From: Phycisphaerales bacterium
Lineage (GTDB): Bacteria; Planctomycetota; Phycisphaerae; Phycisphaerales; UBA1924
Direction of reading: 5' to 3'
Length of the DNA: 64,000 bases
NCBI GenBank assembly: GCA_965227775.1
Contig: OZ245777.1
Coordinates: 2,048,001-2,112,000, forward strand
How positions within the stretch are numbered: the first letter of the stretch is position 1; every line of letters starts with the position of its first letter. The notes under the pieces were generated by a model that was given only the letters and a program-made list of their open reading frames with translations, did not search any database and was not told the DNA's origin. Position numbers and translations under genes: made by a program. Of this stretch, positions 57,482 to 64,000 are shown one piece after another.

Positions 57482-58925
57482 GCGGCTCGACGACCTCCTT
57501 CAGGAATCGCTCGGTCTGCTCGACGCTCCGGCCGACGTACTTCATCGGGTCGAGCAACTGGTCCTCAGTCAGCAGGTGGTGGACGGGCGCGAACGCCTCG
57601 TCGCCGCGCAGGCGTTCGATGAGGTCGTTGTCCAGGCCCTGCTGCTTCACCTTCATGCCCGCCGCCTGGGCGTGCACACGGATCTTCTCGTGCAGCTCCT
57701 GGCGATCGCCGCCGGCCTTGACGGCCTCCATCAGGATGTTTTCCGTCGCCAGGAAGGGCAGCTCGGCCATCAGGTTCTTGCGCACCATCGCCTCGTGGAC
57801 GACAAGCCCCGATGCGACCTGGTGCATGAGGTCGAGCGCGCCGTCGAGGGCCAGGAACGCCTCGGGCAGGCTCAGCCGACGGTTGCTTGAGTCGTCGAGC
57901 GTGCGTTCCAGCCACTGCGTGGCGGCGGTGTCGTAGGCGTTGCCCACCAGGTTCATCACGAAGCGCGTGAGCCCGCAGATGCGCTCGCACTTCATCGGGT
58001 TGCGCTTGTAGGGCATGGCCGACGAGCCGATCTGCTTGGCGCCGAAGGGCTCGTCGATCTCCTTGCGGTTGCTGAGCAGGCGGATATCGGTGGCGATCTT
58101 GTGGAGGACGGAGGCGACCGAGGCGAGGTCTGAGAGTACGAACGCGTCAACGACACGCGGATACGTCTGTCCGCTCAGCTCGTTGGCATACGTGGCTTGT
58201 ACCGCTCCCTTGCTGGACGCCGCGAATCGAGACAGGAATTCGGACTCAAGGGCATCGACATCAGACTGGTTGCCGAGCAGATTGAGGAACGAAGCCTGTG
58301 TTCCAGTCGCGCCACGCAAGCCGCGCATTCCAAAGTGGCCCCAACACTCTGCGAGCCTCGGTTCGCACAGCGACAGATCAAAAGCCCACCCCGCGATCCG
58401 TCGGCCAACAGTGGTGGGCTGCGCTGTCTGGTAGTGTGTAAAGCCTAGCGTTGGGATATCACTCAATTCCTGAGCGGTATGGCCGAGCGAGGAGAGAACT
58501 CGTGCGAGTTTTCGCAAGATCAGCAGTTGGCTCTCACCGATTGCGGCCAAATCCGCATTACACACCACATCCTGGCTCGTACACCCCAGATGAATAGTCC
58601 CCTTCGCCTTGGGGCACTGCTCGCCCAGGCAGTGCACGTGGGCCATCACGTCGTGGCGCAGGTCGCGTTCGAGCTCGCTCGCGCGGGCGAGCTCCTCGTC
58701 GGTGATGCCGCGCTCGACGACGGCTCGCAACTCGTCGATCTGTTCCAGGGACACGAGCGGCGTGTCCCAGCCCTTGGTCACCTCGTGCTGCGCCTCGGCC
58801 ACCGCCAGCCAGATGCGGCGCCAGGTGTTGAACTTGTGCCGCGGGCTCCAGATGCGGAGCATCTCGGGCGAGGCGTTGCGGGAGGCGAGCGGAGACGTGT
58901 AGGTATCGTTCGGATTGGTCGTCAT
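57423..58925 (-). CDS. purB: Adenylosuccinate lyase
   Basis: RHDVMAHVH, IHLG.TS, GFTHYQ.AQ, GTQASF, GSSAMPYKRNP, QWLERTLDDS. Confidence 0.97.
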   Translation of the reverse strand: MTTNPNDTYTSPLASRNASPEMLRIWSPRHKFNTWRRIWLAVAEAQHEVTKGWDTPLVSLEQIDELRAVVERGITDEELARASELERDLRHDVMAHVHCLGEQCPKAKGTIHLGCTSQDVVCNADLAAIGESQLLILRKLARVLSSLGHTAQELSDIPTLGFTHYQTAQPTTVGRRIAGWAFDLSLCEPRLAECWGHFGMRGLRGATGTQASFLNLLGNQSDVDALESEFLSRFAASSKGAVQATYANELSGQTYPRVVDAFVLSDLASVASVLHKIATDIRLLSNRKEIDEPFGAKQIGSSAMPYKRNPMKCERICGLTRFVMNLVGNAYDTAATQWLERTLDDSSNRRLSLPEAFLALDGALDLMHQVASGLVVHEAMVRKNLMAELPFLATENILMEAVKAGGDRQELHEKIRVHAQAAGMKVKQQGLDNDLIERLRGDEAFAPVHHLLTEDQLLDPMKYVGRSVEQTERFLKEVVEPLRERYGDELEELGGSDRGV

Positions 58926-58965
58926 GCACGCGATGATATTCGCGCGAGCTTCCGAACCCGAGCGT

Positions 58966-59325
58966 TCACGCGCTGCGGATCGCCGCCGCGTCCATCTTCC
59001 GCTGCTCGGCCTTCGCATACTGCGCGCGGATCATCGGGAGCAGCCCGCCGAAGATGATCGACGCGGTGATGCCGGGCATCAGGAACACGAACCACACGTG
59101 CCAGGGCTGGCCCAGCACCAGTGCCACGAGGCCAGTGAGCGCGAGCCCGATGCCCAGCGCCAACCCCAGGCCGAAGATGCCCAGCACCAGCCCGCGGGCC
59201 TTGCCCATGCTGGCCAAAGGCCCGCCCAGCCCGCCACCGATGCCCCCGAATCCGGCTCCGAGCACCACACCGATGCCCCCGCCCACGATGCCCGCCGCCT
59301 GCTCTGTGAACCACGGATCCATCAC
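58966..59325 (-). CDS. Small Gly-rich 3-TM membrane protein
   Basis: Three hydrophobic segments; GTGA-coupled to the upstream regulator gene. Confidence 0.75.
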   Translation of the reverse strand: MMDPWFTEQAAGIVGGGIGVVLGAGFGGIGGGLGGPLASMGKARGLVLGIFGLGLALGIGLALTGLVALVLGQPWHVWFVFLMPGITASIIFGGLLPMIRAQYAKAEQRKMDAAAIRSA

Positions 59326-59681
59326 GAACCCCCCTTCTGGTCGTTGTCCTGAACCGCCTTGTCCCTTGCCTCGGCCGCTTCCAGTACCCGGCGGGCCCCC
59401 GAAGCCGTCAGCTCCCCCCGCTGAACGAGTTCCGCAAGAGCCTCGGCCAGCGGGTCCCGCGGTCGATCCTCGACCGCCGCCCGCAGCCGCTCAATCACGC
59501 CGTCCAGCCGCGTGCGGATGGTCGGATAGCTGACGCCGTATCGCTTGGCGAGGTCCTTGAGAGAACCCGAACACAGCACAAACTCAATGATGAGCGACAG
59601 ATCCTCTCGCGGCACCCTGGCCAGCGGCGAGCCTGCCAGCCCAAGGACAGGGCTTTGCTGCGTATCAGAGTTTGTATTCAT
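59322..59681 (-). CDS. DUF2089-like HTH regulator
   Basis: FVLCSGSLKDLAKRYGVSYPTIRTRLD. Confidence 0.85.
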   Translation of the reverse strand: MNTNSDTQQSPVLGLAGSPLARVPREDLSLIIEFVLCSGSLKDLAKRYGVSYPTIRTRLDGVIERLRAAVEDRPRDPLAEALAELVQRGELTASGARRVLEAAEARDKAVQDNDQKGGS

Positions 59682-59689
59682 CAAGGTCA

Positions 59690-59752
59690 CGTTCAACAAT
59701 ATGCATCATTATTCAATATTGTCAATGATCATTTAATAAAAATCAATATTCG
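59690..59752 (-). promoter_or_regulatory. AT-rich promoter/operator: TTGACA (59720-59725) with phased TCAA repeats
   Basis: TCAATATT at 59713 and 59743; TCAA/TTAA at 59693, 59713, 59722, 59733 and 59743. Confidence 0.65.
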
Positions 59753-59801
59753 TCCCTTCACGCTGCTGTGACGCCGCCTCGGCCAATCGGTACGCTGGTG
59801 C

Positions 59802-61109
59802 ATGCCCACGCACATCCGTTTCTTTGCGTTCCTCGCTGTCGCGATCGCACTCCCCGCCGCCGCCTTGCCATCGCAAGAGGAAGGTGAGCCAGGCCACGGT
59901 GCCCCCCTTGAGAGCGTCCGCCTGCAGAACGGCCTCCCGGCGATGGCCGTCCGCGGCTTCACGTGGGACGCGGAAACGAACAAGATCACGACCGTGGCTG
60001 AGGCAGAGGCTGGCGTGCGAGCCGCGGGCAGCGAATCGGCCGCCGGGCCGGACGATCTCTGGCACATCGGCTCGTGCACCAAGGCGATCACCGCAACGCT
60101 CTTGGCGACCTACGTCGCCGAGGGCAACCTGGCGTGGTCCGACACGCTGGCCGATGCCCTTCCCGATCTCGCCGATGACATGAGTGAAACCGCGGCCAAC
60201 GCGACCATCGCCGATCTGCTGCGCCATCGGGCGGGCATGCCGCCCAACCCCACGGGCGTGCTCATGCTCCGCTTGTTTGGCACCGACGCGAGCGAGGGCC
60301 GAGAAGCGGCAATCCTCGAAGCGCTCGCCGAAGCAAAAGACGCGCCCGGTCCGGGCGAGCAGTCGCGATACTCGAACTTCGGCTACATGATCGCGGGCGT
60401 GATTGCCGAGCGCGTCGGTGGTGAGCCGTTCGAGACGCTCGTGGTCGAACGCGTGCTTGCGCCGCTGGGCATCGAAGAGGGGCAATACGGATTCGGCCCC
60501 CCGCCCGCCGGCGATGATCTTACATCGCCAGCGCAGCCGGTCGGGCACCGAGCGGCTCCCGGCCAGGGGTGGACGCCGCAGCCACCAACGCGTCAGCCTG
60601 GCGGACCGCCTGCGGACAATCCGCCCGCGTACGGCCCCGCCGGCACCATGCACCTGACGCTCGACGCCTGGGGCCGATTCTGTATGGCCCACGCCCGAGG
60701 CGATGATCTTGCCGAAGGCGAGCGCGACGCGCTCGGCCTGCGTCGAGAGGACTACGCCGAGCTCCACCGCCCGGTGGAGACCTTCGCGTGCGGCTGGATC
60801 GTCGCGCCGCGGAGCTGGGCCGGCGCCGGCGAAAGCCAAGGTGAATCCGAAGATGAGGGCGAAGGTGGGGGAGTCATGGGCATCGCCCTCGCGCACAATG
60901 GCAGCAACACGATGTGGTTCGCCTCGGCGTGGATCGCCCCGGAGCGCGACTGGGTCATGCTGGCGACCTCCAACGCCGCCGGGCCGAAGGGCGCCCTGGC
61001 CTGCGATCAGGCCATCGGCATCGCGCTCAATGCCCTGACCGACTCGGTGGAGATCGAATCAGGCGGGCAGGCCGGGCCAGAGCAGCGCGAAGACGAGGCC
61101 GGTCAGTAG
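59802..61109 (+). CDS. Secreted serine hydrolase, beta-lactamase class C/AmpC-like family
   Basis: IGSCTK (SxxK), LLRHRAG, YSNFGY (YxN), HNGSNT. Confidence 0.9.
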   Translation: MPTHIRFFAFLAVAIALPAAALPSQEEGEPGHGAPLESVRLQNGLPAMAVRGFTWDAETNKITTVAEAEAGVRAAGSESAAGPDDLWHIGSCTKAITATLLATYVAEGNLAWSDTLADALPDLADDMSETAANATIADLLRHRAGMPPNPTGVLMLRLFGTDASEGREAAILEALAEAKDAPGPGEQSRYSNFGYMIAGVIAERVGGEPFETLVVERVLAPLGIEEGQYGFGPPPAGDDLTSPAQPVGHRAAPGQGWTPQPPTRQPGGPPADNPPAYGPAGTMHLTLDAWGRFCMAHARGDDLAEGERDALGLRREDYAELHRPVETFACGWIVAPRSWAGAGESQGESEDEGEGGGVMGIALAHNGSNTMWFASAWIAPERDWVMLATSNAAGPKGALACDQAIGIALNALTDSVEIESGGQAGPEQREDEAGQ

Positions 61110-61622
61110 CCCGTACACCACGCCGTCGATGAAGTCCATCACCTTCGCGCGCAGCGGCTTTGTGAACCAGATCTCGCCCAAGATGCCGCCCGCAGTGTGC
61201 GCGAGCACACCCGCGATCGCCGTAAACGCAAAGACGTCAGCAAACTCCGCGCCCCGCGGGAAGGCAACGCCCGCAAGATAGCCGATCACGGCCGACACGA
61301 TCAGGAACATCGTGAACGTCGCGGCCAGGTTCTTGGGCATGTTGACCTCGGTGGGCCACACACGCAGGAGGCCCCACGGCCCGGCCTTGTAGCGCGCGAC
61401 CGCGTCGGGGTTCTTCATGTCCGCGTGCTCACACTTGGGGAACATGTACTGGCCCGGCGTGAGGTTTTGCTCCTTGATGATCGCAAACAGCGCGTCCTCA
61501 TTCGAGAGGTACTTCACATCGGGCTTGTGGTGAGGAGAGAGCGCCCACGCCACGAAGCTGGCGAAGAACAACACCACGCCGCACACGAGGATCGGCAGCC
61601 ACAGCGAGAGCAGCATCTCCAT
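61059..61622 (-). CDS. Four-TM hypothetical membrane protein
   Basis: Hydrophobic segments, HHKPD, PGQYMFP, GPWG; SD GAGGA. Confidence 0.8.
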   Translation of the reverse strand: MEMLLSLWLPILVCGVVLFFASFVAWALSPHHKPDVKYLSNEDALFAIIKEQNLTPGQYMFPKCEHADMKNPDAVARYKAGPWGLLRVWPTEVNMPKNLAATFTMFLIVSAVIGYLAGVAFPRGAEFADVFAFTAIAGVLAHTAGGILGEIWFTKPLRAKVMDFIDGVVYGLLTGLVFALLWPGLPA

Positions 61623-61810
61623 CAGGGTTCCTCTTTTCGGTGGTCCGCCCGCGACACCCAGCCCCCCGAGAGTCGCGCATCGCCGGCGGTTTGGCGGCCA
61701 TTTCTGTGGCCGTGTCGCTCGGGCATCGTAGAACCCCTATCTGCCGACGAGGCCCTATCATGGCCTCTCACGCACCACGAGCCCACATGGAGCCCCGCAC
61801 CGTGACCACC

Positions 61811-62935
61811 ATGACCGCCGCGACCGCGTCAACGACTGACATCGCCGCCATTCTCGGCAGCGAAGCCGACAGCCTGCTGGGCTACTCGGCCACCGGGTTC
61901 GACAAGGGCTCGCTCTACCTGCCCGGTCCCGACTTCATCGACCGCGTCGTGGCACAGGGCGATCGGCCTGTGCCCGTACTGCGAAACTTCCAGACGATGC
62001 TCAACCACGGCCGCCTGGGTGGCACGGGCTATGTCAGCATCCTGCCCGTCGACCAGGGCGTGGAACACTCGGCCGGCGCGAGCTTCGCGCCCAACCCCGA
62101 GTACTTCGACCCCGAGAACATCGTCAAGCTGGCGATCGACGGCGGCTGCAACGCTGTTGCCTCGACCTACGGCGTGCTCGGCTCGGTCGCGCGCAAGTAC
62201 GCGCACAAGATTCCGTTCCTTGTGAAGTTCAACCACAACGAGCTTCTCACTTATCCCAACGTCCACAGCCAGACGCTCTACGGCACGATCCAGCAGTGCT
62301 ACGAGATGGGGGCCATCGCCGTTGGCGCGACCATCTACTTCGGCAGCGAGAACTCGCGCGAGCAGATCCAGTACGTCAGCGAGATGTTCGCCCACGCCCA
62401 CGCGCTGGGCATGGTCACCGTGCTCTGGTGCTACACGCGCAACGACGCGTTCAAGGCCACCGGCCCCGACGGCACAAAGACCGACTATCACGACAGCGCC
62501 GACCTGACCGGCCAGGCCAACCACCTTGGCGCGACAATCCAGGCCGACATCGTCAAGCAGAAACTTGCCACAAAGAACGGCGGGTACGTGGCGCTCAACA
62601 CCGGCGACTCCAGCTATGGCAAGTTCAAGAACGAGATCTACACCAAGCTCGCAGGCGGCGACGACAAGGGCCAGGGCGGCCACCCCATCGAGCTCGTTCG
62701 CTACCAGCTCGCCAACTGCTACATGGGCCGCGTGCCGCTGATTAACTCCGGCGGCGAGAGCAAGGGCGAGAGCGACCTGCACGACGCGGTGCGCACCGCC
62801 GTCATCAATAAGCGGGCCGGCGGTATGGGCCTGATCTCGGGTCGCAAGGCCTTCCAGCGCCCGATGAAGGACGGCGTCGGCCTGCTGCACGCGATCCAGG
62901 ACGTCTACCTCGATTCGAACGTCACCATCGCCTGA
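61811..62935 (+). CDS. fbaB: Class I fructose-bisphosphate aldolase (DhnA/FbaB)
   Basis: [43 protein letters not shown]; start may be GTG 61802. Confidence 0.97.
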   Translation: MTAATASTTDIAAILGSEADSLLGYSATGFDKGSLYLPGPDFIDRVVAQGDRPVPVLRNFQTMLNHGRLGGTGYVSILPVDQGVEHSAGASFAPNPEYFDPENIVKLAIDGGCNAVASTYGVLGSVARKYAHKIPFLVKFNHNELLTYPNVHSQTLYGTIQQCYEMGAIAVGATIYFGSENSREQIQYVSEMFAHAHALGMVTVLWCYTRNDAFKATGPDGTKTDYHDSADLTGQANHLGATIQADIVKQKLATKNGGYVALNTGDSSYGKFKNEIYTKLAGGDDKGQGGHPIELVRYQLANCYMGRVPLINSGGESKGESDLHDAVRTAVINKRAGGMGLISGRKAFQRPMKDGVGLLHAIQDVYLDSNVTIA

Positions 62936-62955
62936 GCGAGCCGCTAGCCCAAAAG

Positions 62956-63453
62956 ATGAAACGCGCGATCCAAGTCATACTCGTTGTCGGTGCGATGGTT
63001 GCCGTCGCGTCGCTTGCGGCCTGGGGTCTGGCGGTGTGGTTCCTGGGGCCCTACCTCATCTGGGCACCGGTGGGTATTCATGTCAGCGCTGAGACGCCCG
63101 AGAGCGTGCTCGTGGGCGATGCCATCGAGATGACCGTCCGCGTGCGCAACGACGGCCCCGAAGACCGCGTCCTTTCCGCCATCACCATCGAGACCGGCTA
63201 CCTGGTGGGCTTCTCCGTCGACAAGGTCGAACCGCCATTCACCAGCAGCGAGCGCGCGACCGACTACCGCGTCTACCGATTCGAGGCGCCCGTTCCCGCT
63301 GGCGAGGTCACGCCCATCCGCTTCACGCTGCGTGCAACGGGCCAGGGTGTGGGCGAGGGCCAGAGCCTCAGGCAGGGCCGCGTCGAGGTGCAGTTCGAGG
63401 ACGAGAGCCGCATCAGCTCGACCACGGTCTCGACAGCCGTTCGTGAGCAATAG
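62956..63453 (+). CDS. Membrane-anchored Ig-like hypothetical protein
   Basis: N-terminal TM segment followed by beta-rich PESV.VG...VRVRN. Confidence 0.65.
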   Translation: MKRAIQVILVVGAMVAVASLAAWGLAVWFLGPYLIWAPVGIHVSAETPESVLVGDAIEMTVRVRNDGPEDRVLSAITIETGYLVGFSVDKVEPPFTSSERATDYRVYRFEAPVPAGEVTPIRFTLRATGQGVGEGQSLRQGRVEVQFEDESRISSTTVSTAVREQ

Positions 63454-63584
63454 CCGCCGATTCGCGCCCGTTCCCGGCGAATCCTGAGTTGTGGCGATCC
63501 TCCCGGCAGCCGGTCGATGCTACAACAGGGTCTGGCGTGGGAGTCACGCCAGGGTTTGCACAGGTCCACCGAGGGAGCGACGAG

Positions 63585-64000
63585 TTGACCCTGTTCCAAC
63601 GATTCATGCGTGTCCTGACCCACCCCCAGCACGCCGGCGAGCCCCTGCCGCAAAGGAAGCCCAAGCCAGCCAAGCCGGGCAAGGCCAAGCGATCCATGGC
63701 AAGGCCCTCGGCCAGCACCCCCATGAAGGTCGCCGGCAAGCCACAGGCCGATACCTCGGCCGCGATGCGCCCGGCCTCCAACGCGAGCAGCGGGACGGCG
63801 GTCGCCGACAAGCCCAAGCTCCCAACCTCGCCCTCTAGCCCCGTCGAGGTCTTCGCGCCCGACCGTTCTGACGACTCTACCACAAATCCCGCGGAGGCTG
63901 ACGCCCTCGGAAGCGGTTCGCTTATGGACGACCTGGACGACTCCGGCCTTGGCCTGATCGACACGAAGCCTGAGCACGAAGCAAAGCCCACCCTGGCCGA
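63585..64000 (+). CDS. Hypothetical protein with low-complexity N-terminus (partial, runs off the window end)
   Basis: SD GAGGGAG then TTG 63585; frame open to the window end (MTLFQRFMRVLTHP...). Confidence 0.55.
   Translation, partial: MTLFQRFMRVLTHPQHAGEPLPQRKPKPAKPGKAKRSMARPSASTPMKVAGKPQADTSAAMRPASNASSGTAVADKPKLPTSPSSPVEVFAPDRSDDSTTNPAEADALGSGSLMDDLDDSGLGLIDTKPEHEAKPTLA

Noticed and set aside
61059..61109. Convergent 3' overlaps (51 bp here; 16 bp for deoC/channel)
   Set aside because: Common in high-GC genomes; no evidence of function
59802..61109. Antibiotic-resistance beta-lactamase
   Set aside because: The motifs only place it in the broad serine hydrolase/AmpC-like family

Overview
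High-GC chromosomal segment, most likely from a Phycisphaerales planctomycete. This is inferred from the GC-type dockerin tails, the LESRxLL extracellular N-terminus and the Zn-ribbon membrane protein. The housekeeping backbone comprises putA (partial), ribF-nrnA-MTase, glyA, a kynurenine-pathway ALDH and RidA pair, pgi, an M16 peptidase, mqnD, a CNNM pair, an hscB-like gene, rseP, deoC, a GluR0-like channel, an ECF sigma/RskA pair, purB and fbaB. It is interleaved with many secreted or surface proteins. Five observations stand out. (1) Seven genes end in a conserved GC-dockerin tail, and two orphan tails sit directly upstream of such genes. The spacers carry sigma70 promoters, and the tails share DNA-identical stretches, which suggests a cassette-swapping surface-protein system. 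(2) purB contains an in-frame ~470-bp low-GC, divergent segment with a G-skewed left flank and a C-skewed right flank; the same signature recurs at the pgi-cupin junction. (3) A signal-less helical+FN3 gene has a CsrA/sigma28-like leader and is preceded by a degenerate 21-bp tandem array. (4) About 15 genes look leaderless, with TAnnnT 5-7 nt before the start codon. (5) A 430-bp region between convergent genes is packed with palindromes. No rRNA, tRNA, CRISPR array or transposase was seen. Family calls come from motif recognition by eye; no searches were run.
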